Origin: Octopus sinensis
Lineage: Eukaryota
Length of the DNA: 64,000 nt
Direction: 5' to 3'
NCBI RefSeq assembly: GCF_006345805.1
Contig: NC_043001.1
Location: 11,160,001 to 11,224,000, forward strand
In this document: one piece after another, positions 1 to 12,465 of the stretch
Position numbering within the stretch: the stretch's first letter is position 1
Layout: every line of letters begins with the position of its first letter
Notes under the pieces: generated by a model
Databases searched by the model: none
Told to the model about the DNA's origin: nothing
The model's input: the letters and a program-made list of their open reading frames with translations, nothing else
Made by a program: the position numbers and the translations under genes

Positions 1-103
1 ATCTTCAGGTTCATGTAGTAGTGGTGACAGTCATGCTTCACAATTTTTGATTGTCAAAAATTGTGAAGAATGACTGTCACCACTACTACATGAACCTGAA
101 GAT
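1..103. repeat. Near-perfect inverted repeat (50-bp arms, 3-nt loop)
   Basis: 1-50 is the reverse complement of 54-103 with one mismatch (35/69); loop TTG. Confidence 0.95.
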
Positions 104-254
104 TGCAGAATTTAATGTATGAAAGTACTAGTTCAATCAGAATGAACATTTAAACATTCTATTATTTTATTTTATTTTATTTTATTATATTATATTATCT
201 AATCATTATAAGATTGTAAATAAAACGTGAAAATCAGACAAGGTTGGAATTCCT

Positions 255-267
255 TTTATTAATATAT

Positions 268-299
<32 letters not shown>

Positions 300-345
300 T
301 ATATTATATATAATTTATATATATATATAATATAATTTATATTTA

Positions 346-396
<51 letters not shown>

Positions 397-426
397 ATAT
401 TATATATATTTATATAATATTATATT

Positions 427-457
<31 letters not shown>

Positions 458-482
458 ATATAATCAATATAATATATATATT

Positions 483-519
<37 letters not shown>

Positions 520-556
520 TATATATATATATTATATATATGTATCTATATATATG
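255..556. repeat. (TA)n-rich microsatellite
   Basis: Degenerate TA dinucleotide tract. Confidence 0.9.
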
Positions 557-606
557 TATATTTCATTGTTTGCGTGTTTTTCTCGTAACGTTACCTGTTT
601 TTTATC

Positions 607-912
607 ACACTATCCGAATCGTGGCCGATGCCAGCCCTGCCTCGACTGGCTTCCGTGCCGGTGGCACGTAAAATGCACCAATCCGACCGTGGCCGTTGCC
701 AGCCTCGCCTGGCACCTGTGCGGGTGGCACGTAAAAAGCACCCACTACACTCACGGAGTGGTTGGCGTTAGGAAGGGCATCCAGGCGTAGAAACACTGCC
801 AGATCAGACTGGGCCTGGTGCAGCCTTCTGACTTCCCAGACCCCAGTTGAACCGTCCAACCCATGCTAGCATGGAGAACAGACGTTAAACGATGATGATG
901 ATGATGATGATG

Positions 913-914
<2 letters not shown>
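607..914 (+). mobile_element. RTE LINE 3' UTR fragment with (GAT)n tail
   Basis: Closely matches 31430-31733, the 3' UTR of the RTE copy; ends GTTAAAC(GAT)n. Confidence 0.85.
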
Positions 915-944
<30 letters not shown>

Positions 945-949
945 GTGTA

Positions 950-2148
950 TATGCGTGATCTTGGCATAGTTGGAAAATTGGGAGAATGGCTTCATGACTT
1001 TCTGAAGGATTGAAGTCAGGTGGTAGGGCCACTTCCATTAACATGCAAATAGTGAGCGGTGTTCCGCAGGGCACTGTTTTGGGACCACTACTGTTCATAA
1101 TGGCCCTCTCAGACATGCCCTCAGCCACGCAGAGAGCCATGATCACAAGTTATGCAGATGATACAAAAGTTTCACAGGCAATACAGAACCCTGAAGACAC
1201 TAAGCACCTGCAGTGTGAGCTGGACAAAATATACAAGTGGGCTGAAAAGAATAGCATGCAGTTCAATGCTGAAAAGTTTCAAGCTTTATGCTATCAGCAT
1301 GCAAAACTGAATGCAATACCCAATGAATACACTGGACCCGGAGGGATTGCAATCCCAGAGGCACAATCAGTGCGTGACCTGGGTATTCACATGAGTGATG
1401 ATGCAACCTTTCATGTACATGTTGCTAACTGGCAATGAAATGTAGACGGCTGGCCGGATGGATTCTTAGAACCTTTAGAACAGAGAACAAGAAACCATGA
1501 TGGTCCTCTGGAAGACACTTGTCCTAAGCCACTTTGACTATTGCTCTCAGCTATGGTCACCATCCAGTGTCAAGTTGATCACAGAACTTGAGGCGATCCA
1601 ACGAAGCTACACGAAGAAGATAGCCTCGGTGCAGCATATAAGCTATTGGGAAAGACTCAAGAGATTAAAACTCTCCTTGGAGCGTAGGCGAGAAAGATAT
1701 GCCATAATATATATCTGGAAGATCCTGGAAGGACTTGTCCCAAACTTTGGCATCGAGAGTCACACAAATGCCAGAACTGGGCGCCACTGCGTGGTGCCAA
1801 GGACTCCAATTTGCCATCAAGGTGTAGGACAAGATACTGTGATAGCCTGGGCTTCAGAGGCCCACAGCTCTTCAATATCCTCCCGAAGAACATGAGAGAT
1901 CTGTATGGGGTGGATGCAGATGTCTTTAAAGTAGGAGTGGATCTCTTCCTGTCAGGTGTCCCAGATGAACCAACTTCATGGCAGGAGGTGCAGATGAGGG
2001 CAGCTGCATCAAACTCTCTCATGCACCAAATGGCAGTTGCTAAAAAGCATTCGTGAGGTAAAATCATGTAGCAAACCAAATGGCAGTGCCCCAGCATGGC
2101 CACAGCTCATGAGCTGAAACTGGAAAAATCAAAATCAAAATCAAAATC
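950..2148 (+). mobile_element. 5'-truncated CR1/L2-type LINE (RT C-terminal part, frameshifted) with (AAAATC)n tail
   Basis: SGVPQGTVLGPLLF and YADDTK motifs, RDLGI, WKTLVLSHFDYCSQLWSP, SLERRRERY; stops and frameshifts; short-repeat tail at 2125-2148. Confidence 0.9.
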
Positions 2149-2173
2149 ATATGTATATATGTATATATATTTA

Positions 2174-2320
2174 GTGGAGGTACATGGCATAATGGTTAGA
2201 GCAGCAGACTCACGGTCAAAGGATCACAGGTTCGAATCTCAGACCAGACAATATGTGTGTTTATGAGTGAAGCACTTAAGCTCCATGCGGTGCCAGCAGA
2301 AGGAAATGGCAAACTTCCAC
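2174..2320 (+). mobile_element. tRNA-derived SINE head (degenerate)
   Basis: A-box TGGCATAATGG and B-box GGTTCGAATC at tRNA-like spacing. Confidence 0.55.
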
Positions 2321-2344
2321 TACAACTTTCTCTAACCAGTCACT

Positions 2345-2640
2345 ACTCCATATGCCCATGGCATAGTGGTTAAGAGCGCGGGCTACTAACCCCAAGATTC
2401 CAAGTTCAAATCCGGACAGTGACATGAATAATAATAATAATAACATCAAAAAATACCTTGAGAACCCAGGAATGAGAACCCAGGTTCGAAGTTAGCATCA
2501 AAAAATACCTTAGGAATGAGAACCCAGGTTCGAAGTTTCCCCAAGACACCTGATGAAACCTGGAGGGTATATCAGCCGAAACTTTAACAGCAAACAAGAT
2601 GAGGACAAATATCCGTCAAATGTAAATAATGTAAATAATG
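2345..2640 (+). mobile_element. tRNA-head/hammerhead cassette copy A (PLE-end family; ribozyme damaged)
   Basis: A-box 2359-2369, B-box 2403-2413, (AAT)n, CTGATGA at 2550-2556, GAAAC at 2578-2582 but GTTGTG deleted; (TGTAAATAA)n end. Confidence 0.8.
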
Positions 2641-2673
2641 AATATATATATATATGTGTGTGTGTGTCTGTAT

Positions 2674-2943
2674 ATTCTTTTACTTGTTTCAGTCATTTTG
2701 GCTGCAGCCATGCTGGAGCACAACCTTTAGTCATGCAAATCAACACCAGGACTTATTCTCTGTAAGCCTAGTACTTTTGTATCAATCTCTTTGACTGAAC
2801 CACTAAGTTACAGCATCGGTTGTCAAGCGATGTTGGCAGGGATACACACACACATATGATGGGCTTCTTTCAGTTTCAGTCTACCAAATCGACTCGTAAG
2901 GCTTTGGTCAGCCCGAGGCTATAGTAGAAGACACTTTCCCAAC
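2674..2943 (-). mobile_element. tRNA-derived SINE family 1, head-truncated
   Basis: Matches family consensus seen at 13536-13930. Confidence 0.85.
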
Positions 2944-2978
2944 TTAATATATATATATATATATATACATATATATAT

Positions 2979-3080
<102 letters not shown>

Positions 3081-3097
3081 TATATATATGTATATTG

Positions 3098-3327
3098 GTG
3101 CAGGAGTGGCTGTGTGGTAAGCAACTTGCTTGCCAACCACATGGTTCTGGTTCAGTCCCATTGCATGGTTCCTTGGGCAAGTGTCTTCTACTATAGCCTC
3201 GGGTTGACCAAAGCCTTGTGACTGGATTTGGTAGACGGAAACTGAAAGAAGCCCATCATATGTATGTGTGTATCCCTGCCAACATCGCTTGACAACCGAT
3301 GTTGGTGTGTTCACATCACTGTAACAC
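3098..3327 (+). mobile_element. tRNA-derived SINE family 1, tail-truncated
   Basis: GGTGCAGGAGTGGCTGTGTGG head, GGTTCAGTCCC B-box, core to GAAACTGAAAGAAG. Confidence 0.85.
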
Positions 3328-3360
3328 ACATATATATATATGTATATATATGTATATGTA

Positions 3361-3409
<49 letters not shown>

Positions 3410-3789
3410 GTGTGTACATGTACACATATGCAAGTATGTATGCATGTGTATGCTTGTGTGTGTGTGTGTGTGAATCGTTGCCTGGGCCTTACATGATGGT
3501 TGTAAATGAGCTTCTCTGTCATACAAGCCAGGTTGTTTGTTTTCAGTCTTCCACGAAAAGCATGTCTGGCCATGGGGCAAACATTCATCGTGCTTGGAAA
3601 CATGTAAGGGTTACTGACAGGAAGAGCATCCAGCTGGAGAGAATCTGCCACAACAAATTCCATGATGGAATAAAACACCAGTATTTCTTTTTCTTGTTTT
3701 TTTTTTGTAGTTTAGCTTATTTGTTGCATAAATTGAAAAAGACGAAAATGTACTTTTATTTGACTAAGTCATGTTTAATGTATTTCAAA

Positions 3790-4027
3790 GGAATTTCTGT
3801 CTATGAAGTATGTAAATATGTTTGTATGTATGTAAATATGTATGTGTGTATGTATGTATGTAAATATGTATGTGTGTTGTATGTATGTATGTATGTATGT
3901 ATGTGTGTATGTATGTATGTATGTATGTATATATGTGTGTATGTATGTATGTATGTATGTATGTATGTATTTATTTATGTATGTATGTATTTATGTATGT
4001 ATGTATGTATGTATGTAGGTATGTGTG

Positions 4028-4058
<31 letters not shown>

Positions 4059-4560
4059 TGTATGTAAGTATGTATGGTTGTGTGTGTATGTATGTATGTA
4101 TGTATGTATGTATGTATGTATGTGTGTATGTATGTATGTATGTATTATGTATGTATGTATGTATGTATGTAAGTATGTATGTGTGGTGTGTATGTATGTA
4201 TGTATGTATGTATGTATGTATGTATGTATGTATGTATGTGTGTATGTATTGTGTATGTGTATTATGTATGTATGTATGTATGTATGTGTGTATGTATGTT
4301 GTATGTATGTTGTATTTATATGTGTATGTGATGTGTATGTAATGTGTGTATGTGTGTATGTATGTATGTTTGTATTTATGTATGTATGTATGTATGTATG
4401 TGTGTGTGTATGTATGTATGTATGTGTGTGTGTATGTATGAATGTATGTATGTATGTATGTATGTATGTATGTATGTATGAATGTAAATATGTATGTGTG
4501 TTTGTATGTATGTATGTTTGTATGTATGTATAAATTTATGTATGTATGTATATATGTATC
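3790..4560. repeat. (TATG)n tetranucleotide microsatellite
   Basis: Direct inspection; source of the MYVC/HTYI pseudo-ORFs. Confidence 0.95.
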
Positions 4561-4705
4561 CATCGCCTACCTGTCTGTCTGCCTATCTATCTGTCTGTCT
4601 ATCTGTCCGTCTGTCTCTTTATCTGCCCATCCATCCATCCATCTTTCTCTCTCTCTCCTTGTCTCTGTCTCTCTTTCTCTCTCTCTCTCCTTGTCTCTGT
4701 CTGTC

Positions 4706-4758
<53 letters not shown>

Positions 4759-5259
4759 TAATCCATCCATCCGCCTACTTATCTGTCCATCATCCCTCCA
4801 TCCATCCATACATCCATCCATCATCTATCTGTGTGTCTGCCTGTCTGTCTGTGCGTTCATGCGTGCATATATGTATGTTTATACATGTATATGCATATAT
4901 ATATGTGTGTGTGTGTGTATATACATGTGTTTGTTCATCATCATCCATTTGTTCCTGTTCCCATCCATTTCGCCATGGCTTCCATCGGTTTATACAAATA
5001 TGTTATTGCATCAATGTTTTATGACCAAATGTCCTTCCCATCGCTGACGTTTCCCTGTTTTACAAGAAACAGATCTCGTATTTCACACAGCTTTGGAGGT
5101 GTGAAGTGAATAGATGTTTTATTGAGAGGAGAATTGCCAGCATCAACACTGCTCGTACATTGTAACGTTTGTCGACATGAGCAGGATGCTAACAACCACA
5201 CAGACAGACACTTACATACATATACCAACATATACATGTACACACGTATTAATGCCATA

Positions 5260-5550
5260 TAAAAAGCAGCCATGCTGGTGCCACATAAAGTGCATATGTG
5301 CTCACATCATGTGCAAAGCAGCTGTGCTGGCACCGAGTTAAAAGCACCAATGCGGGTGCCACACAAAAGGCACCTGTACTGGTGCCACATGAAATTCTCC
5401 CAGTACACTTTGTAAAGTGGGTTGCTGTTAGGAAGGGCATTCAGTCATAGAAACCATACCAAGACAGATGACCCAGCTTGCCGGCTCCTGTCAAACTGTC
5501 CACCTTTTGCCAGCATGGGAAACGGACATTAAATGATGATAATGATGATG
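5260..5550 (+). mobile_element. Old, degenerate RTE-type 3' end
   Basis: TTAGGAAGGGCATTCAG ... GCATGGGAAACGGACATTAAATGATGAT. Confidence 0.6.
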
Positions 5551-5699
5551 TGGCGGGCTTCTTTCTGTTTCCTTCTGCCAAGTCCCCTCACAAATTTTGG
5601 GGCAGTTTGAGGCAACATTAGAAGATACTTACCCAAGGTGTCACACAGTGGGACTGAACTTGAAACCTGAAACTACAGGGTGGGGAACTGAAATGTATC

Positions 5700-5811
5700 A
5701 ATGTGTCTAAATATATCTATATACATTAAAATAGCCACACACACATATATCTTTATGTATATATATATATGCATGAATATATATGCATATATGTATATAT
5801 AATATTATACA

Positions 5812-5859
<48 letters not shown>

Positions 5860-5974
5860 ACTATATATATATACACACACATATATATATACATATACAT
5901 ATTTATGTATGTGTGAGTGTGTGTATATATTCACACACACATATATACATATGCATATATATATATATATACGA

Positions 5975-6005
<31 letters not shown>

Positions 6006-6743
6006 CATATATGTGTAAATATATATATGTGTGTGTTTGTATGTTTATATATATGCATATATATACATATATATATATACATACATATATATATATATAC
6101 ATATATAATATAATATCTTCATATATATACATATATATATATATATATACATATATGCACACACACACCACACGTATGTATATACACCTATGATATATAC
6201 CTAAGTACTTACACCCGCATATACATAATATACATTTATGTACATACATATTGCAAAGCGCACACACACACACTCACAAACACACACACGCACACGCACA
6301 CACAGAGCCATGCTTCAGCGTTAATAGTTTTAGCAAGTATTTTTCATATTTCCGTATTAGTTTATTTTTGTAATCTTTGCCGAGGTCTATTGATGTCTCA
6401 ATAACTTCCTGCTCTTATCTTCTGGATGGAATGGTTTCACTGGCAGTTGTTATTACCGTTTTTATTGGAAGTGAGAATCATGGGAATGACGTTGCGTCTG
6501 TTTCCCTCATTCTTTATCGCCAAACTTTGTATTTTGTGGCCACTGACGTCAGCTTTCTTTCAGCAATCAACAAATAGTTTTACCTCAGTGTCTGCAGTTA
6601 TTTTATTATATATTTTGCGTATGTACGTATATGTGTATATATATATATATTATATATAAATAGATAGATAGATATAGGTATATGCATATATTTCTATATA
6701 GATATATATATATATATACATATATGTATGTATATATATATGC

Positions 6744-6794
<51 letters not shown>

Positions 6795-6935
6795 TATATA
6801 CATATATATATACATATATATATATACATATTTTTATATACATATATATATATACATATATATATATATACACATATATATATTCGTATATATATACGTT
6901 TATATATGTATATATATATTTATATACATAATAAT

Positions 6936-6984
<49 letters not shown>

Positions 6985-7026
6985 TATATATGTATATGAG
7001 ATACATATATAATTCATTATACATAT

Positions 7027-7057
<31 letters not shown>

Positions 7058-7400
7058 CATACATATATATGTATATATATATATACACATACACACACAC
7101 ATATATATATATATAGATACATAGATATATAAATACATCTATATTAAGATATACACGTAGACATATATGTAAATATGTATGTGTATAGGCATATATGTAT
7201 ATATACACATATATATATATATGCATATATTTATATATTTATGTATGCGTATACACACATATATGAATATACATATATATATACTTGATGATGATGAGAA
7301 AATGTGTCTATATAAGTACACACACACACACATATATATATATACATATATATATGCAGAGGCACACACGCACATATACACGTGCACAAACCCATACATA
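5700..7400. repeat. Compound (TA)/(CA) microsatellite blocks (5700-6300, 6620-7400)
   Basis: Direct inspection. Confidence 0.9.
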
Positions 7401-7715
7401 TCTTTGCGTGGTACGTTATACGAGTGTTAAGTGTTTTGTGTTGTGTTTTATTATTGATGTAGTCTCCATGACTAATCTCAGAGTACTTTGAAAAAAATCC
7501 TTAATAAAAAATAAGGTAAGAAAGAAGAAAAATAAAAGCGTCGCAATTCGTGCATAATTACATTTTCAATAATACCTTTTTAAAAGACAAGCTGTTCCCC
7601 AAACACTGTTGTGTTTTGTTGTTGCTTTTGTTGTTGGTGGTGGTGGTCATGGAGGTGGAGATGCTGCCACTGTTGGTCGTCTCTGATAAACTTACAAAAA
7701 AAAAACACACACCTA

Positions 7716-8127
7716 TACTCTTTACTCTCTTACTTGTTTCAGTCATTTTGACTGCGGCCATGCTGGAGCACTGCTTTTTAGTCGAGCAAATCGACCCCAG
7801 GACTTATTCTTTGTAAGCCCAGTACTTATTCTATCGGTCTCTTTTGCCGAACCGCTAAGTAACGGGGACATAAACACACCAGCATCGGTTGTCAAGCAAT
7901 GCTAGTGGGACAAACACAGACACACAAACACACACACATACATATATATATATATACATATATACGACAGGCTTCTTTCAGTTTCCATCTACCAAATCCA
8001 CTCACAAGGCATTGGTCGGCCCGGGGCTATAGCAGAAGACACTTGCCCAAGATGCCATGCAGTGGGACTGAACCCGGAACCATGTGGCTGGTAAGCAAGC
8101 TACTTACCACACAGCCACTCCTGCGCC
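7716..8127 (-). mobile_element. tRNA-derived SINE family 1, full length
   Basis: Head at 8127, internal microsatellite, tail GGTGCTCCAGCATGGCCGCAGTCAAAATGACTGAAAC(AAGTAAGAGAG). Confidence 0.9.
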
Positions 8128-8214
8128 TATGCTCAAGATGTTTTGTTCTGGCTGATGCTTATGCCTCTTGTATTCGTGCATCGTCTATCTTGGCCGATGC
8201 GTATAACTGGCCCT

Positions 8215-8900
8215 CCATCGGTTATGTCTACGAGGGTTCCAGTTGATCTGATTAGCAAAAACAGCCTGCTCATAAAATTAATGTAAAAGTGGCCGAGACG
8301 CTCTTTTACTCTTTTACCCTTATACTTGTTTCAGTCATTTGACTGTGGCCATGCTAGAGCACTGCCTTTTTAGTCGAGCAAATCGACCCCAGGACTTATT
8401 CTTTGTAAGCCTAGTGCTTATTCTATCGGTCCCTTTTGTCGAACCGCTAAGTAACGGGGACGTAAACACACCGGCATCGGTTGTCAAGCGATGTTGTGGG
8501 GACAAACACAGACACAAATATATATACACACATACTTATATATATACATACATATATACGATGGGCTTCTTTCAGTTTCCATCTACAAAATCCACTCAGA
8601 AGGCTTTGGTCGGCCGGAGGCTATAGTGGAAGACACTTGCCCAAGGTGTCAGGCAGTGGGACTGAAACCGGAACTATGAGGTTCGTGAGCAAGCTACTTA
8701 CCACACAGCCACTCCTACGCCTATGTATACCCTTAATGCAGTTTTCAAGGAGATTCAGTGTTACACAGAATATGATAAGGCTGGCCCCTTTGAATTACCG
8801 GTACTACTCATTTGTGCCAGGTGGTTGCACTGGAGCAATGTAAAAGTAGAGTGTTTTGCTCAAGGGCAAAATGTGCCCTGAGGAACTAAATTCCTGGCCT
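8215..8900 (-). mobile_element. Older tRNA-derived SINE (family 3) split by a family-1 SINE
   Basis: 8722-8900 is the reverse complement of the 23806-24003 type; 8215-8300 is inferred to be its continuation. Confidence 0.5.
8301..8721 (-). mobile_element. tRNA-derived SINE family 1, full length (nested)
   Basis: Full head-core-microsatellite-tail structure. Confidence 0.9.
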
Positions 8901-8976
8901 CAAGCAGAAATCCATGCAACTACTAGTATAGTTAAAAGAAAAGAAGCTGTGCACCCTGGGTAGTATTTTATATAAA

Positions 8977-9528
8977 CAGGGTGCAGCAGAAGTAACACCC
9001 TTTCTTATTTGTATTTTTTTTTATAGTTTTCTACAGCCTCACTGAGGGTTAAACGTTCAGAAATGGTTAAATCTTAATTTCAAGTGGAGGTGTATAGGAC
9101 CTCATGGAGCAATTGAGTGGCCATCATGATCACCAGACCTAACACCACCTGGCCTTATCTTGTGGAGTGTATTGAAAAATCTTGTTTATTCCCTGAAACC
9201 GAAAACAATTTCTGATAAATTTTCTATGATTAACAGAGAAATTTGTCAAAAGGTTTGAAACGTTGCCGGTAGTGTACATTGTATTCAAAACAAAGGGGAG
9301 CCTTTTGAAGATGTTCATTAAATTTTTTATCATAATAAATAACATGATTTTGATGGAACAATATTTTATAGATTTCATAAAAGTGCTGCAATTTATTTTC
9401 GCTAATTGTATTTTTTCGGTTCTTTAACTCCTGTAATAAATTTTCATATAATACAATTTACTAAAGAAAACAATTTTTGGATTATAAAAATACTAAATAA
9501 AAAAGAGTGTTACTTCTGCCGCACCCTG
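8977..9528 (+). mobile_element. Internally deleted Tc1/mariner element
   Basis: TIR CAGGGTGC(A/G)GCAGAAGTAACAC at both ends, TA at right; translation IGPHGAIEWPS*SPDLTPPGLILWSVLKNLVY resembles the WPPRSPDLTPLDFFLWG transposase motif. Confidence 0.85.
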
Positions 9529-9557
9529 TATTTTATGAATTTTTTTTTAGTGTATGT

Positions 9558-10165
9558 ATCATCATCATCATCATTTAACGTCCATCTACCATGCTGGCAT
9601 GGGTTGGATGGTTCGACTGGGGGTCTGGGAACCTAGGAGAATGCACCTGGCTCCAATCTAATCTGGCAGTTTTTTCACAGCTGGATGCCCTTCCTAATGC
9701 CAACCACTCTGAGAGTGTAGTGGGTGCTTTTTACGTGCCATCAGCACAGGGGCCAGAGGAGGCTGACATCGACCGTGTTTGGATGGTGCTTTTATGTGCC
9801 ACTGGCACAGGCGCCAGAAGGGGCTGGCATCGACCACGTTTGGATGGTGCTTGTAAGTGCCACCAGCATGGGAGCCAGTCAAGGCAGCGCTGGCATCGAA
9901 CATGTTTGGATGGTGCTTTTACGTGCCACCGGCAAGGGAGCAATTCAAGGCGGTGCTGGCATCAACCATGGTGCTTTTACGTGCTAATGGCATGGGAGCC
10001 AGGCAAGGTGGCGCAGTCATTATCCACGTTTGGATGATGCTTTTACGTGCCACCGGCATTGGAGCCAGTCAAGGCAGTGCTGTCATCAGCCACATTCGGA
10101 TGGTGCTTTTTACATGCCACTGGCACAGGAGCCAGTCATGGCAAGGTGGCTGGCTTCAACCACGT
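9558..10165 (-). mobile_element. RTE LINE 3' UTR fragment with about 7 internal ~60-bp repeats
   Basis: (ATC)n then TTTAACGTCC...CCATGCTGGCATGGGTTGG; repeated GGATGGTGCTTTTACGTGCCAC. Confidence 0.85.
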
Positions 10166-10169
10166 ATAT

Positions 10170-10450
10170 AGGAGCAAACTCAAGGACTAACTGAAGCAGC
10201 TCACACTCTAGCAACACCAAAATCTAACACTGCGTAAGCCGTTCAAGAATTTGGACCTAGAGATCTCCATTTCCAGCAACTTCGAGGGCCACCTCCCAGT
10301 GGTGTTGGGCGTCAACGAAGAGCCCTCGACTACAAGACGACCAAAGTTTTTTTTTTTTTTTCCAAGGTCTGGGGTCTCCTGCCCCTAAGCCCTGGACCAT
10401 CACCTAATCACACTTACCCGCCTTGTTGCTTAACAACAACAACAACAACA
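10170..10450 (+). mobile_element. Possible 3' end of another LINE, with (AAC)n tail
   Basis: GC-richer block ending in (AAC)n; no diagnostic protein motif. Confidence 0.3.
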
Positions 10451-10807
10451 CTGCTTAATCCAAAGAGACTTTCTTTTCTTAAAATATTTGTGTGTAATGT
10501 GATGGAGATTTTGCTGCTATTGTTGTATAACAAAGTTGTTGTACAACGACTGTGCTGAAATTGTCCTTTTTTTGTTCAACCCTTGGTTGTGACTGATTGA
10601 GTATACATATGATTAAAAACAGTCCAGCTGTGACCATCCTATCTTTTTTTTCTTCGTTTTGTCATGCATAATCTCTGAAGGACTATATTATCTAATTCGT
10701 CTTATTTTCTGAAACAAGAAGGTGAAATTTGAGAAAGATTTGGCTGCTCTTTTTAGCAGGTTGAGCAACCATATAGAGGCTGAAACAGGCTGATTCAGTC
10801 CAATATT

Positions 10808-11028
10808 AATGGTTTCAAATTTTGGCTCAAAACAAGCAAGCTGAGTGGGGAGGAGTAAGTCGATTATATCAACCCCAGTGCATAACTGGTACTTATTTCA
10901 TTGACCCTGAAAGGATGAAACACAAAGCTGACCTCAGTGGAATTTGAACTCAGAACACAAAGACAGATGAAATGCTGCTAAGCAGTTTACCCAGCATGCT
11001 AATGATTCTGTCTGCTCTCCGCTTTGTA
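10808..11028 (-). mobile_element. Older tRNA-derived SINE family 2 variant
   Basis: Degenerate match to 46288-46515; flanked by ATTCAGTCCAAT direct repeats. Confidence 0.7.
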
Positions 11029-11200
11029 ATTCAGTCCAATTATATTGAGTAAGTGAATAGTTAAACAGTTGATTGCAGCCATGGAAGTGTAATATTTACC
11101 TGAGAAATATAATTTCACAATATCAATACGATTACCTGGACGTCTGTAGAATCTAATGACAGAAAACTTGGTCGTCATGCAATACCAACTTTTACAAATA

Positions 11201-11575
11201 CTAGCAGTATCGCCCAGTGTTGCTTGGGTTTGTTTTGACCCTTTAGTGTTGGAATTTTTGAAAAGTAAATATTTTGCATTATGTAGCTTGTTATTCTCTT
11301 TAAGTGAACATTTTTCTGGTTGAAATACACCGAAAAATGGCAACACAGCAGTCAAAAAAATTGTAAAAAATAGGGATTTCCATAGAAAAAAAGCACCTTT
11401 TTGATGTAAATAATTTTTAGTGTTAACATGGTCCGATTTGAATTTTTTCTTCTAAGAAAGGAAGAGCAAGCCTTCTTCTATCATACTCTCAATTTTGGTC
11501 AACTTGCGCTGCAGAGTCTTGGAGGAGATAGTGTTAGTTGAAGGCTACCAAACCACCATACACAGACAACTTCAG
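11201..11575 (-). mobile_element. Non-autonomous Helitron family B (5' end replaced by fold-back)
   Basis: CTAG terminus at 11201-11204 with subterminal GC hairpin; near-identical to 19235-19627. Confidence 0.75.
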
Positions 11576-11710
11576 GTTTGGTAGCCTTCAACTAACACTA
11601 TCTCCTCCAAGACTCTGCAGCGCAAGTTGACCAAAATTGAGAGTATGATAGAAGAAGGCTTGCTCTTCCTTTCTTAGAAGAAAATATTCAAATCGAACCA
11701 TGTTAACACT
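11419..11710. repeat. Inverted repeat, 136-bp arms, 20-nt spacer
   Basis: 11419-11554 vs 11575-11710, two mismatches. Confidence 0.95.
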
Positions 11711-11859
11711 ATATGATCAAGATAAACTGTAGAGTTGTCATTTGGCTTAATGCCTACTTTTCCAGGTTCAGCTGAGTTAAAATTTCTTGACACAAATTTT
11801 CTATAGCCAGATGTCCTTCTTATCAACAGTCCTCACCTGTTTCCAAGTAAGGAAATCTT

Positions 11860-12465
11860 TCTCCATGGTTGAATTGGCATGTAAAAAGCACCATTCGAGC
11901 ATAGCCAACGCCAGTGCTGGTGGCATATAAAAAGCACCATTCGAGCATAGCCAACGCCAGTGCCACCTGATTGGTTCCCATGCCAGTGGCATGTAAAAAT
12001 CACCATTCAAGCATGGTTGATGCCTGACTGACTCCCGTGCCGCTGGCACATAAAATACACCATTCGAGCGTGGTCAATGCCTGTGCTGCCTGACTGACTC
12101 CTTTGCCAGTGGTACATAAAAAGCACCATTTGAGCATGGTCAATACCTGTGCCACTTGACTGACTCCCATGTCAGTGGCACATAAAAAGTACCTTTCAAG
12201 CAAAGTCAGTACCAGTGCTGCCTGACTGACTCCCACTCTGGGGCACATAAAAAGTACCATTTGAGCATGCTGATGCCAGTCCACCTTACTGACTTCTGTG
12301 CTGGTGGCAAGTAAAAAGTACCATTTGAGTGTGGTCGATGCCAGTGCTGCCTGATTGGCTCCCATGCCAGTGGCACATAAAAAGCACTCACTACACTCTC
12401 GGAGTGGTTGGCATTAGGAAGGGCATCCAGCTGTAGAAATCTTGCCAGATCAGATTGGAGCCTAG
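11860..12465 (+). mobile_element. RTE-type 3' UTR with about 9 degenerate ~60-bp repeats, tail missing
   Basis: Repeated TGGCACATAAAAAGCACCATTCGAGC units then TTAGGAAGGGCATCCAGCTGTAGAAA. Confidence 0.75.

Noticed and set aside
2355-2425. Functional tRNA genes (also 13536, 46135, 48572 and other heads)
   Set aside because: A/B boxes present but no convincing acceptor stem; always embedded in repeat units
3340-4563. 397-aa and overlapping MYVC/HTYI ORFs
   Set aside because: Stop-free read-through of (TATG)n; the same applies to all YI/IY ORFs across TA tracts
6377-6659. Complex sequence with short ORFs between microsatellites
   Set aside because: No recognisable motif, stops in the plausible frames, no clear splice sites
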